From Anolis carolinensis (taxonomy: Eukaryota), in assembly GCF_035594765.1 (NCBI RefSeq), contig NC_085841.1, positions 264,274,525-264,338,524 on the forward strand: a stretch of 64,000 nucleotides of DNA. Reading direction: 5' to 3'. The notes under the pieces were generated by a model, which made no database searches, had not been told where the DNA came from, and worked only from the letters and a program-made list of their open reading frames with translations. Position numbers and translations under genes: made by a program. Each line of letters opens with the position of its first letter. The first letter of the stretch is position 1. Below, one piece after another: positions 1-12,199 of this stretch.

Positions 1-314
1 CAATGGCAGATATTGTATATATCTATTATCACCCCATGCAATTACTGTGAAGAGTGTGCTGAAAATAGCTAGCTATTTTAATTGTGGGTTGTAAGAGAAG
101 CATAACCTGAAAGAAAAAAAATAATAAATAGCATTAAACATACATACATACAAACCAAAGATGGATAATGTTGTACATAGAGCTGGTGTACCATAGTGAT
201 TTGAATGTCAGTTTAGGACTTTAGAAGACAAGCTTTGAATCCCTGCTTGACCATAGAGACCTAGTGGGTGATGTTGGGTAAGTCACACTGTCTTAGGACC
301 TCATCACACTAGAG

Positions 315-448
315 CAGTGGTTCTCAACCTGTGGGTCCCCAGATGTTTAGGCCTTTGACTCCCAGAAATCCTAACAGCTGGTAAACTGGCTGGGATTTCT
401 GGGAGTTGTAGGCCAAACACCTGGGGACCCACAGGTTGAGAACCACTG
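315..448. mobile_element. hAT-type MITE (134 bp)
   Basis: Long TIRs cagtggttctcaacctgtgggtcccc...ggggacccacaggttgagaaccactg and a perfect 8-bp TSD cactagag (307-314, 449-456). Confidence 0.9.
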
Positions 449-456
449 CACTAGAG

Positions 457-620
457 CATGGATCCACTTTAAATCCAGTTTCTGCCTCCTGCAGAATTCT
501 AGGCTTTGTAGTTTAGGAAGGGGGCCTTTAAACTGCTCAGCCAGACAGGTCCTGGGCCTCACTAAACTACAAAGCCCAGAATTTTGCAGGAGGCAGAACC
601 GGATTTAAAGTCGATCCATG
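457..620. mobile_element. Palindromic MITE (probably PIF/Harbinger-type)
   Basis: ~60-bp inverted repeat catggatccactttaaatcc...ggatttaaagtcgatccatg. Its left terminus (~296-306) is split off by the hAT MITE. Confidence 0.65.
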
Positions 621-712
621 ATGACTCTGTTAGTCTCAGAGGAAACTCCATCTGGACAAATAATGGTAGAGTTATCTTAGGGTCACCGTAAGTTGGAAAT
701 GAGTTGAATGCA

Positions 713-722
713 TGCAGCAACA

Positions 723-753
<31 letters not shown>

Positions 754-773
754 CAAAAACAACAACAACAACA
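713..773. repeat. (CAG)n/(CAA)n microsatellite (SINE tail)
   Basis: Direct inspection. Confidence 0.9.
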
Positions 774-2231
774 GTATTGTATATGCTAATATATTTCTAC
801 GCTAACCACCAGGATGACAAAAAGGCAATGTAAAAATGAAGGGCACTGCATCTTGAGTGAGGTAATTCAACACTTTCAGATTCATGGCTTTAAAGATATG
901 AGCTCAAGCAAATTACTATGATCAGAGAGTTGTATATTTGCCTTATTAATAGTGCATTACTTTGATATACCCAAGCCATCAACTGTAAATAAAAATGGAA
1001 ATCACATTACTTTGTTATTAGTTCTTAGGTATGAAATTATTTTAGACAATACATCTGTGGTATAATTTCATAATCCCTCTGTAATTATTGTGAGAGAAAA
1101 TAATATATACACTGAACAAGGGTTCAAGTTTAGAACTAAACCAGTTTAAAGATATATTGTGAATTTTATTTGTGGTTGCATAGTTATTGCTAATCATACC
1201 TGAGATTGGATTCTTTTCCACACACACACACATATATATACACACCTGTACACTGCAGGAAGTTTTATCATTCCACTGCCAGTAGCTTTTTAAGACAGGA
1301 TACAGGGTGGTATTTCACTAGTGCTTTAACTTGCGCAAGTTTTGTTTCTGGATACATTTACTTAGACATTTGATGAATGATCATGCTTGAGATTAAGCAG
1401 TATGGCCATCTGCCAGACTGCTTCCTTTGGGTCAAATCAGCTGGTGGGCAATAAAGGAACGGAGAAATCTGGAAGTCCATTGCCACTTTTCAGTACCCAA
1501 GAATTACCATGTGCCACAACCCTGTCCCCAAAAGAAGCCCATTTCCAGTATTGTAAAATCTGTTCAGGGGAGGAGGGCAAAATAATGATAATGCACAAAG
1601 AAGTTTTGCTTCAAGAGAAAACTGAAATAATCATTTCCCATCCTTTTCCTCAGTTGGGTGGCTTTGGGGGGAGGGGGTCTAAAGAAGGGCTATGTATAAT
1701 AGCGTCATATAGTCTAAAAGCAATAGGTTTCCTCTGCCTGATCCATACCCAGTAGCCTGCCTGTTGGAACTGCCAATGCTGTTCATTCTAATAAAACTGA
1801 ATGCCAGATTTCCTCCTCTTCCTACACTATCTCACAGCCAATTGACTTGTTGGCACCTGCTTGCAAGTGCAATGCGACTCCATTTTTCTCTTTCAACATT
1901 TAGAGATGTTAAATTAGATGCTGTAGCATCCGGTATTTGGTGGGGGCGGTTTTACCATTGCTATCAAATATAGCCTAGAATCTGAAGAGACCTTTCAAGC
2001 ATTATTTGTTGGAAACCACCCTGAGTTACTTTGGGGAGATAGGACAGTATATAAATAAAGTTTTATTATTATCATATTTTACCATTAAGATTAATTTAGG
2101 ATCTGTTAGGAATTACTATACAGTACTGTTGAAGAAAATAAGTGCATTCTACACCAAGGGTTCTTTTTCCTATTCACAAGGCATACAGTTAAGATCTGGG
2201 CCAGTTAAACTAATTCTGTATTTACCTTTCA

Positions 2232-2460
2232 ACAGGGCCGTAGCCAGAAAAAAAATTTGGGGGGGGGGGGGTTTTGAAAATTTCAGGGGGGGGGGGTTGA
2301 ACCCCTAACACCCCCCACACCCGCTACAAACCTGTCAATATCTGCTTGAGATAGTGCCTAGAAGGACTCTTAATGTTTTGTCTCATAGATTTAGCATGGG
2401 GATTTGGTTAACCAGTTAAAATTCATGAGTAAACCAGGGGTTTTTTTATAACCTGAAAAA
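2232..2460. mobile_element. Non-autonomous DNA transposon fragment with poly-G subterminal tracts
   Basis: Terminus cagggccgtagccag followed by G runs. A related terminus (caagcccgtagcc...G-run) is at ~59659-59882. Confidence 0.45.
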
Positions 2461-2465
2461 TCCCT

Positions 2466-3270
2466 GTGTATTGTCGAAGGCTTTCATGGCCAGAATCACT
2501 GGGTTGTGCCGGTAGCAAGGTTGGGTTGCTGACTTGAAGGTTGCCAGTTCGAATCCAACCCAGGGAGAGCACAGATGAGCTCCCTCTGTCAGCTCCAGCT
2601 CCTCATGCGGGGACATGAGAGAAGCCTTCCACAAGGATGGTAAAAACATCAAACATCCAGGCGTCCCTTGAGCAACATCCTTGCAGATGGCCAATTCTCT
2701 CACACCAGAAGCAACTTGCAGTTTCTCAAGTCGCTCCTGACACACAAAAATCAAACACTAGGTTGCTGTGAGTTTTTTGGGCTATATGCCCATATTTCAG
2801 CAGCATTCTCCCCTAATGTTTTGCTTACAACTGTGGCGGGCATCCTCAGAGGTTCTGTTGGCAATTAGGCAAGTGAGGTGTATATACGCCTGTGGAATAT
2901 ATAGGGTGGGAGAAGAACCCGTGTCTGTTTAAAGCAAGTGTGCATATTGCAATGAGCAAGCTTGAATTAACATTTGAGCAACCATGAAGTTTGCTAAGTC
3001 AATCAGTGAGGCTATCTGCATAGCGGTAGCCTGGCTTTTGTTACCTGGAGGCATCCTCTGTTTGGGAGGTGTTAACTGGTCCTTGCTTGCTTGTTGCCTG
3101 AAGTTCTCCTGTTTCTGAATGGTGTTCATTATTTACTGTCTTGATTCTGGTGTTTTTTTAATACTGGTAACCAGATGTTGTTTATTTTCTGTTGAAATTG
3201 TTCACGAGCTTGTGGATTTCAATGGTTTCTCTGTGTAGTCTGACATAATGGTTGTCAGAGTGGTTCAGAA
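2466..3270 (-). mobile_element. Penelope-like element fragment (pLTR end and GIY-YIG 3' region), interrupted by a SINE
   Basis: Same terminal motif as 61255 (tgtcgaaggctttcatggcc...cactgggttg) and a degenerate hammerhead region at 2810-2852. The minus strand near 3200-3270 reads ...ILNHSDNHYVRLHRETIEIHK, typical of the Penelope endonuclease C-terminus. Confidence 0.75.
2508..2750 (+). mobile_element. Anolis SINE2-type tRNA SINE (5'-truncated), inserted in Penelope
   Basis: B-box gttcgaatcc and 3' end gtttctcaagtcgctcctgacacacaaaaa. Flanked by cactgggttg/cactaggttg (TSD). Homologous to 42733-43010. Confidence 0.8.
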
Positions 3271-5368
3271 TTTCACTGACGTGCAGTAACCTGCAAACCA
3301 CAGCATTCTCACATCGAATCCTTAGACTTCTCTAAGCACAGAAGACCCATACACATATTAATTGAACCTCAAAACCTACAGAATATCAAAATTTCTACAG
3401 CAGTTGGAAGAATGAATGCATTTAAATGTAATTTGTATTCACACTTATCCTGAGGCACAAACAGATACAAAATTTAATAAGTGATACATTCGGCCCTCCA
3501 CATCCTCTGGTGTTAAGGGCACAAGACCCCCTTGAAAGTGAAAACCATAAATGTAAAGAAATTGCTTTTTTTTTAACCTGAGAGAACAACTCCCTAGGAA
3601 TTTCTAATACCTCTATCATGACTCTATGGCCAACATCTGCTGAACATAAAATCACATTAGAAGAACTAAACATTCCTAGAGAGAAAAGTTTAATCAAACC
3701 TGTGAATCATCAAATCAGAAAGGGAGAGTGTGCTTGTTGTAGTTTATCTCATCTGATCTTGGAAACTAAACAGAGTTAACCTGGTTACTACTTGGATGGG
3801 GGACTGCCAATGACTGCCAGGTGCTATATGCTATATTTCAGAGAAAGGAACTGGCAAAGCCACCTCTATCATCATAAGATGGCAGGTGACATGCCCGCAT
3901 GTGTACACACAAACACAGTGTTTCAGTAGTACTACCTATTGTCATGAGATTACATGATGCCCCTATTGAAGATGAAGGAGAGCCTACAGACTGTCCTATG
4001 CATGGGCTACATTCTTGGTAGGAGTACCTCACAGGAAACGCATGGAAAGAATTTCACTAATTTCCAGGCCCAACTGACACTGACATTGGATATTCTAGGA
4101 CATTTTGGAGACTGAAGTTCATGGAGGTTGTAAAATTTGTGCCAGTGCATTTTTAATTTTTAAAAACTGTTTATGATGTTAATTAATGAATACTAAACAT
4201 AGTGAAAAGTGAAATATTTCATAAACACTTGCATACCTACGCAGTTTGTGCAGGGTCAACGGGAAATTCAACATCAGTTGGCTGCATCCAAATCAAGTTT
4301 ATTATATTTTATTGCAATTGGAATCAACCAAGCTTCAGTTAGCCATTATTAATTTGTCCCCTTGGTTTGTAGGTGAGTAATTTATGGTCTGGTGCAACCA
4401 AGGGTGTTTTTCAAGTAAACTTAAAATGCTTTCTTCCTAGCCAGCAATGGCTAGAAAGTGTCTCACATTGGAAATGAAAGATTTCCACAGAATATAGCCT
4501 TTCACCAAACAGCTTGAGCTATTTTTCCATGGTGAATTTAAAGGACGAGAGCTATTTTCCAAAGAATATAAAAAAGGAAGCAGGTTTCTGCTAAGGGTCA
4601 CTCTTCTTTTTGTTGTTGTGTGGTTTATCAGATTGTGCTCATAATTCATTGCAAAAGTACTTTGAGCATACAAAAAGTAGTTTTTCTAGTAATATGTAAT
4701 AAATAACAACTTTCCCCCTGATTTGGGGCCAGTTCCAGCAGATAGCATGAGAACCGAATTGCTTCCTTTCTTCCCTGGGTGACTCTCACGTCCTACTTGT
4801 TTGAAATAGCTGTTTAACAATCTCTACCTCTCTTTAAGAGGTAGGGGAGGAAACAGAACTGAGTGCTATTTTTCTTTCCAGAACAGTCATTCACATTAGA
4901 TCATTCCAGTCAGCACAATTTAGAGCAGCCTGAAAGCTAAAGATGAGCGGCTGAAGAAAGTTAGCTTTAAGGCAATTTTGTCCCCATTGTTTCTTGATGT
5001 GCTTGAAGTATGGTACACCTTAAATTGAACCTTGCCATGTCTGAGTGAAAAGCTATCATCTTGTCCTCCCATGCCTACTCCGGCATGCACTGCATTTATA
5101 TGTGAACAGCATGCACCTTTTCTTCATTTCACATCAGTGTGGTGTATATGTTCCCTGCACAGTACAAATACTTTCACACTATTTCTAGGGGTAGACTTAA
5201 ACAGATCTCTGAAATCCAACTGTGCAGATTATAATATATGGTATGGAGCTTCAACACAGAATATAAACCTCCTGTTGAAAGGTATAAAAGCTAAACAAAG
5301 GCAAAGCCTTAAATTCCTGAATGATAGAGAAAGGAAACCAGTTGCATTGAGAGGTGTAGAATTAGAAG

Positions 5369-5985
5369 AGTGTTTCTCAACCTGGAGGTTAGGATACCTG
5401 GGGGGAGTCTTGAGAAGGTGTCAGAGGGGTCGCCAAAGATAATCAAAAAACACATAGGGATCTTAGGAACCTCTTTGGCAGAGAAGGCTGGAGATCTCTC
5501 TGCCTGTCCTTCTCTTCCTTTTTAAAAAAAGACAGCTAATTCTCCCAAATTGGTGCCAAATTTGGTCCACTTCCATCGTTGTTTGCGTTCACAGTACTCT
5601 CCAGATGCAAGTGAACTGCATCTCCCCCAAATCACTGTCAGTTCCTCCCAAATCCCTCCAGTATTTTCTGTTGGTCATGGGGGTTCTGTGTGGGAAGTTT
5701 GGCCCAATTCTATAATTGGTGGGGTTCAGAATGCTCTTTGATTTTAGGTGAACCATAAGTCCCAGCATCTACAACTCCCAAATGTTAAGGTCTATTTTCC
5801 CCAAACTCCACCAGTGTTCAGATTTGAGCATATTAAGGATTTGTGCCAAGTTTGGTCCAGATCCATCATTCTTTTGAGTCCACAGTGCTCTCTGAATGTA
5901 GGTGAATTACAACTCTAAAATTCAAGTTCAATGCCCACCAAACCTTTCCAGTGTTTTCTGTTGGTCATGGGAGTTCTATGTGCCA
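5369..5985. mobile_element. Non-autonomous hAT element (partial) with internal ~110-bp degenerate repeats
   Basis: Starts agtgtttctcaacctgg (hAT TIR). Contains repeated ccagtgttttctgttggtcatggg and gtgccaagtttggtcc units. Confidence 0.6.
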
Positions 5986-6164
5986 ATAAAATGCATGAAG
6001 AAGTATTTGATTACATTTTGCAAAGGTGATGGGAACCTGTTAATTGACCTGATAGTTTATCAGATTTTGGCACAGAATTTAGGAATCTATGCAAATTATT
6101 GTTTCACCCAACTCTGTGTTCTTTACGGTAACTGGTAGTGAATCTCCAGGAATTTCAGATAGGT

Positions 6165-6300
6165 CAGCGGTTCCCAACCTTTTGTTTTCCAGATGTTTGA
6201 GACTTCTATTCCCTGAATCCCCAGCCAGGTTGGCCAATTGTCAGGAATTATGGGAGCTGAAGTCCCAAACACCTGGAGAGCCAAGGATTGGAAATCACTG
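6165..6300. mobile_element. Diverged hAT MITE
   Basis: TIR-like ends cagcggttcccaacct...ggattggaaatcactg. Confidence 0.6.
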
Positions 6301-6932
6301 AGATTAGCCTTTCTACGCCTTTCTTGAAGATGCCATGTGTCCAACTGAGAACTTTCCTTGCAAAGCATGCGCTCTTGTGCTGATCTATGACCAACATACA
6401 AGATGAAGCTCAAATAAGATAAGTAGTGGACTAGTTTCTTTGGCTGGCTATAGATGGACCTCTTTGTGTCTTCTTATTGCAATGTATGAATTATCCACCC
6501 CCATTCTTCACCCTCTCTTCCTTTAGCCAGCAGTTATTTGATGTTCATTTTTCAGAGCTCAGACAAAGCATGAAGCTTTTTCCCTGTGTTCCTCTCATTT
6601 GTTTTAATTAGTGTACATTGTCACTGTTGAAGGCTCAAACAAAGAGATGTAAATTAAGATATAAAACTTGAGAGTTCATGGTTGTTGTTTTTTTGTATTG
6701 CATTTCCTACTGCCTATTTTCCCTGATCTGAATAATATAAAGACTTTTAGATTAGGAGAGAAAGAACAGTTGTGATTCTCTTACATGTTGTTAGAAGACA
6801 AACCAACTCAGTAGCTAGCATCTTGTACAATAACTTTTAGGTCTTAAGACCAACTTTCTTACTTCAGAGAGGACTACAAAAAGAAATTCTAAGTGCAAAA
6901 AAAATCTTAAGTGAAAGTTCTCCAGTAACTAT

Positions 6933-7282
6933 TGACCTCATCATACCTTAGTTGTTGGCTTTTGGCAGCGGCTCTTGGCAGGACTCTGGTTCGCTGCCGG
7001 GCACCAGGAAGTTTCCACCACACACCCCACTTTGCCAGGCTCCTCCGGCAGCTTTTCACACAAGGGAACTTGTGGTGTGGGCATGGAGTGTGCAGCTTCC
7101 CCAATTGAAGAAACGGCAACACAAAGTCTCTTGTGTTACTAGGGTGCTAGCAGCGGCATGCTGATTCTGCCCTCCTTCACCCATGGAGCTGGCACAACAT
7201 TGTGTGATCGGAGCCAGCCGGCTCTGTGGGTGCCTGGTAGATTGGTGTTTACCACCAAATCTAGCCCCATATGATGAGGTCA
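6933..7282. mobile_element. GC-rich MITE (Harbinger-like)
   Basis: 13-bp TIR tgacctcatcata / tatgatgaggtca. A diverged inverted relative lies at 56293-56624. Confidence 0.65.
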
Positions 7283-7481
7283 TATATCTAGTTGCTGAAA
7301 TATCTAGTCACAACCGTCTTGACAATTTCATAGAGGAGCTCATCTGGTTCCAAGAAAAAAAACTCTGGTTGAAGTAAAACCAGATTTATAAATAACTCGC
7401 TGTGCCTGGCCACGCGTTGCTGTGGTGAAGTCTGGTGGTATGGGAAATAAAGTATTGAGGAATTGGTGGTAGTTAAGGTCA

Positions 7482-7800
7482 AGGGTAAAGGTTTTCCCCA
7501 GACATTAAGTCCAGTCGTGTCTTACTCTGGAGGTTGGTGCTCATCTCCATTTCTAAGCCGAAGAGCCGGCGTTGTCCGTAGACTCCTCCAAGGACATGTG
7601 GGATGACTACATGGAGCGGCGTTACCTTCCCGCCGGAGCAGTACCTATTGATGCACTCACATTTGCATGTTTTCGAACTTCTGGGTTGGCAGAAGCTGGA
7701 GCTAACAGTGGGGGCTCTCTCCGCTACCCTAATTCAAACCTGTGGCCTTTCGGTCAAGAAGTTCAGCAGCTCAGCGCTTTAACACCCTGCGCCATCAGGG
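7482..7800 (-). mobile_element. Sauria SINE (cargo inside the Helitron)
   Basis: Motifs ggtaaaggttttcccc...ctcatctccatttctaagccgaagagccgg...ttggcagaagctgg. Homologous to 22227 and 46608. Confidence 0.85.
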
Positions 7801-8366
7801 GATATTATTTCCTAAAGGTTGTGAATATACAATATTTCTGATTGTTTTTTTTTGTTTGTTGGAGGCAAGTATGAATGCTGCAATTAGGAAAAATGATTAG
7901 GATGTAATGGCCTTGCAGCTTTAAAGCCTGGCTGTTTCCTCCCTGAGTGAATTTTTTGTTGGGAGGTGTTAGCTGGCCCTGATTGTTTCCTGTCTGGAAT
8001 TCCCTTGTTTTCAGAGTGATGATGTTTGCGATATTTTATGTGCTTCTACTGTCTGTGGCCCTGAGAAAACAGGATTTGCCAGACTTTGATGATGGGAATA
8101 CTTTGTTGGGAGGTGTTAGCTGGCCCTGATTGTTTCCTGTGTGAAATTCCCCTGTTTATTTACTGTCCTGGTTTTAGAGATTATATTGTTCTGCATTATT
8201 CTATCCCAGTAATTATTTCATATTAAAGAAGAATCTCACTTATCCAACATTCGCTTATACAATGTTCTGGATTATCCAACGCACTCTGCCTTTTCATAAT
8301 CAATGTTTTTGTAGTCAGTGTTTTAAATTCATTGTGATATTTTAGTGGTAAATTTGTAAATACAGT

Positions 8367-8674
8367 ACAGTAGAGTCTCACTTATCCAACATAAACGGGC
8401 CGGCAGAACGTTGGATAAGCGAATATGTTGGATAATGAGGAATTAAGGATAACCCTATTAAACATCAAATTAAGTTATGATTTTACAAATTAAGCACCAA
8501 AACATCATGTTAGACAACAAATTTGTCAGAAAAAGTAGTTCAGTACACAGTAATGCTATATAGTAATTACTGTATTTATGAATTTAGCACCAAAATATCA
8601 CGATATATTGAAAGTGTTGGATAATCCAAAAATGCATTGGATAATCCAGAACGTTGGATAAGCGAGACTCTACT
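8367..8674. mobile_element. Tc1/mariner (Tigger-like) MITE inside the Helitron, with further partial copies at ~8230-8290 and ~8680-8873
   Basis: TIRs ta|cagtagagtctcacttatccaac...gttggataagcgagactctactg|ta. Same family as 40135-40457. Confidence 0.8.
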
Positions 8675-9940
8675 GTAAATACTACATAGCATTACTGCGC
8701 ATGGAACTACTTTTTCTGTCAAATTTGTTGTATAATATGATGTTTTGGCGCTTAATTTGTATAACGATTACCTAATTTGATGTTTAATTGGCTTTTCCTG
8801 AATCCCTTCTTATTATCCAACATATTCACTTATCCTGCCGGCCTGTTTACATTGGATAAGTGAGACTCTACTGTATATTTCTAATCTTATATTATCTGCT
8901 TAGAACTGGATTATATGAGGCCCCTTCTTCACAGCTGTATAAAATGCACACTGAAGTGGATTATATGGTAGTGCAGAGTCAAGATAATCCAGTGCAAAGC
9001 AGATAATATAAGATTATAAATGGGTTATATAGCTGTGTGGAAGGGCCTTGAGTCTACATTGCCATATAATCCAGTGCAAATTAGATAATCTGTGGAAGAG
9101 ACCTAAGTGAGGCCTAAATCTGCCTGTCCCCTAACTGAAACCTGGCTGTCCCTTGGTTGCTAGGCAACCAAGTGGGCAGAGATTAGCCCTCTAAACTGGC
9201 AGCAATTGGATAAAAAAAATTATTGCTCTCCCTCTAATTAGGACTTTATTTTTCTTTTCTTTTTGTTGTATCAACCTTGAGGCGTGGATGATGGGTTGTG
9301 TTGTCAAATTTTGAGGTTGGGGGGCCTGTACTTTTGTTGTTTTGTGAATTGCCGTGATGCCATCACTCTTTTATATATATAGATTTGCCTGTTTGCATTA
9401 TCTAACAGCAGTTCCCAGTGGTCAAAGTGGACCATAGTGTTGTACTGGGGAACCTGGAGATTCTTCAGAGAACATATTAATCAAATCCCTGAATAATCAA
9501 ATCAGCAAAAGTTAAACCCACAAATATGAAGAGGTGACTGTAATATAATTCATGTGAAGGGCTGCATATTCATAAATTAAAGGCAAGTGTGGCATCTCAG
9601 ATAACTTCAGTGTGAATGGTCAATACCTATATTTTCGGTATTTCTATAAAAAAAACATTTAGAATGCCATGCTGCTGAGAATTCCCAAAGCACCCATTAA
9701 AGTGTGAGAAATATGTTAGCTGTCTCTTGCTTAGCATCTGGCCCACAAATCCTCTTACAGTATTCTCAGGGTTTTTATTCTGGTGCAAGGATGCTTATCT
9801 TTTAAACATTTGATGAAACTTAAGATCACAAAAGTCTGAATTGTTGCTGCATTGGAGTCCAAGAATGAAGATTTTTAGGGGCTTTTCATTAGCAATTTTG
9901 GCAAATCCCAATCCAAAATGTTTGAGATATTAGGCAAATA

Positions 9941-10185
9941 TTGTTGTGTTCTTATCTGCCTTCAAGTCATTTCTGATGTACCCCATGATAGGTTTGTAAG
10001 GCAAACCTATCATGGGGTTTTCTTGACAAGACTTGTTTAGAGGGGAGATGCTTTTTCTTCCTGTGAGTCTGAGAGAGTGTGACATACCCAAGATCACCCA
10101 GTAATCTTTCATGGCTGAGTGAGGATTTGAATCCTGGTCTCCAGAGTTATAGTCCAGTGCTTAAACCACCATACCATACTGTGTC
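9941..10185 (-). mobile_element. Old tRNA-derived squamate SINE (MIR/Squam-like)
   Basis: Motifs gtgtgacatacccaagatcacccag...ggatttgaatcctggtctccagag...aaaccaccatacc. Confidence 0.65.
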
Positions 10186-10322
10186 TCATAGCAAATGTAC
10201 TCTTGGTTATATGAATCCAGTTTAGCAACTAGGTTCACATAGAAGCAGATAGTAGGAAATCATATATATTTATTGAGCTTCAGGTTTTTCATATACACCC
10301 AGCTATAATATACATCTAGCTG

Positions 10323-12199
10323 TGTATCTAGCCTTTTCATCCTGGGAGGTGTGAGTAGTATTAATGGGGGATTTCATTAGTCCGGATGAAACAGAGCAAT
10401 TTAAGCAGCCATAGATAGCAAGATCCAGGCCGTGGATACCAAGCCCATTAAGTGGCGATCGACACTGGCGCTCAGCTGATCTGGGAGTCCGTGTGCTTGG
10501 CAAACTAGGAAGCCAAAGTTTCAAAATAAATCTCACCAAGTTTGATGATGAAGCCACCAAGGTAGTTTATTCAATCAGCTGAAAGTGATGTCAGCAAAGC
10601 GCCAAGAAAGATAAGCTGAGATACATTACTTTTAAAAGCAATTTTTATACAGAGCACATTCAAATTTCCCACTCCCACCCAGCTGTACTGACTCCACCGT
10701 GATTGGCTGAGCCCCGATGATGTCAAGTGAGATCCCCGGCGAAGGAGGAGATTGGCCCTTGCTGGCCAATGGGAGAGTGAGCTTTACTCTTGATGCAGAT
10801 TTCCTTCTGCCCAATCACAGGAGAGGGGCCGGCAGTCCAGGAAACAATGGTGCTGGAAATGGTCCTGAGTGGATTAAGAGGGTCCCAGCATAGGATAAGC
10901 AAAGGAACCTACAAGGTCCCAAAAAACGTTTATTGACAAAGATATGTTGATTTCCAGTGCCTCCTGTTTTGTCCATTGCAGAGAAATATTGTCCATCCTG
11001 AGAGGATTAGATGATTCAGTGGCTGGGGAGACGACAAAAGGGGAATGTAATTGTCTTTGGAAGCAGGACATAGCTAACCCCTCAGGGGAACCGCTATGCC
11101 AGGAGGAATACGGCTTTTGTATGTCGATATGGCTTATTCAAAGGACAGACAGCCCCTGTGCTGGATCCTGTCGTCCTCCTATGTAGCCAAAGCTATTAGT
11201 CACTGATATGTGTGAATGAGTCCTGATTGATGCAAATGAAGCCCAGGGCAGGAAAAGGTCACCTCAGAATTGAGTCAGTTGGCAGCCATCATCAATATTT
11301 CATTTAAAGATATAAAGCATAAAGATTAAACACGTACACATAAATGGAACCCATGAATTGTGGGGGATTCAGTCTTTCTTCAGACCCAAACCCATGAGTG
11401 ATTGGACACATACAGAAAGGGTGCATGGACATGCAGAGTGCTTCCATCTCCCCTAGGTTTTCCATCGTGAGAAAAAAGTAGAAAAGGGACAAAAAGTTAA
11501 GGAAGACAGGTGCATGGGGGCTTCAGGAGGCCTGCTGAGACCCCTGGGAGCATACGTGAGGGAGTTATGGATCATGTTTGGTCTCCATGTCCACGGGAAT
11601 GGGGGCAGACACAAAGTATGGGACCCTGGACTTGATATAAGGATGGGGGTATGGGATATATAGTTTTTCTAGAAAGGACAGAAAGAGGGGTGGGATACAG
11701 TAGGGGATAGTGGGGGAGTGTGAGTGTGCCTCTCTAGACCTGCTGGCAAAATATGGGCAAGACACAGCATGTAAATCTAGAGAAAATGGCAAGATTCGGT
11801 ATTCACTATGGCGTGCCTGGGAACTAGGTCACTGGGTTGGTTCATCTGAGGACGAGTCAAAGGGAAAAGCTGCCAATGGGAAAATGTGACATTCCCAGGC
11901 CCATGGGAGCAATTTAATGTGAGAAAGCATGTTGGGGGCATTAGTGTGGAGGAAAAGGCTGTGAGTGTGTACCCCACTGGGGCTGGGAAGGGCTGTTGCA
12001 TGGGAGTATGGCTGGAATGCAGAAGTGAGTGGAAGGAGGAACATAGGAGTCAAAACAAAGCCAGGAGGCAAATCAGATAAAGTTAACCCTTTTATTGAGC
12101 GATATAGATAATGGGGTGAGGGTCATGGAGCTTCCTGGGCATTGAGGGCTGCTGCTGGATATCTTCCATTCTTGAAATTCATTAAATTGTAGATCAACA
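10323..12199 (-). mobile_element. Long solo LTR (1877 bp), ERV-like or Gypsy-like, antisense to the host gene
   Basis: TG...CA termini with imperfect inverted ends and a 4-bp TSD gctg (10319-10322, 12200-12203). On the minus strand, four CCAAT boxes (10702-10815, both orientations) are followed by TATAAAA (10643-10649), AATAAA (10566-10571) and a ~240-bp U5. Confidence 0.72.
10560..10820 (-). promoter_or_regulatory. LTR promoter and polyadenylation signal (CCAAT x4, TATA, AATAAA)
   Basis: Motifs occur in canonical U3-R order on the minus strand. Confidence 0.6.

Larger units (their letters stand above)
182..715 (+). mobile_element. Old tRNA-derived squamate SINE (MIR/Squam-like), interrupted by nested MITEs
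   Basis: Head with B-box-like tttgaatccc, body gtgggtgatgttgggtaagtcacac and tail tagggtcaccgtaagttggaaatgagttgaa followed by (CAG/CAA)n. Similar copies lie at 9941, 16530 and 24835. Confidence 0.6.
7396..9383 (-). mobile_element. Non-autonomous composite Helitron (~2 kb)
   Basis: On the minus strand it starts A|TCTATATATATAAAA. It ends with a GC-rich hairpin (7408-7426) ~10 nt before a CTRR-like terminus (CGAG|T), in an AT target without TSD. It carries SINE, Penelope and MITE cargo. Confidence 0.8.

Noticed and set aside
10335-10391. Possible hammerhead ribozyme in the U5 of the long LTR (ctaatga...tgaaa on the minus strand)
   Set aside because: The core is non-canonical and stems I-III cannot be formed. 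It is only a short inverted repeat.
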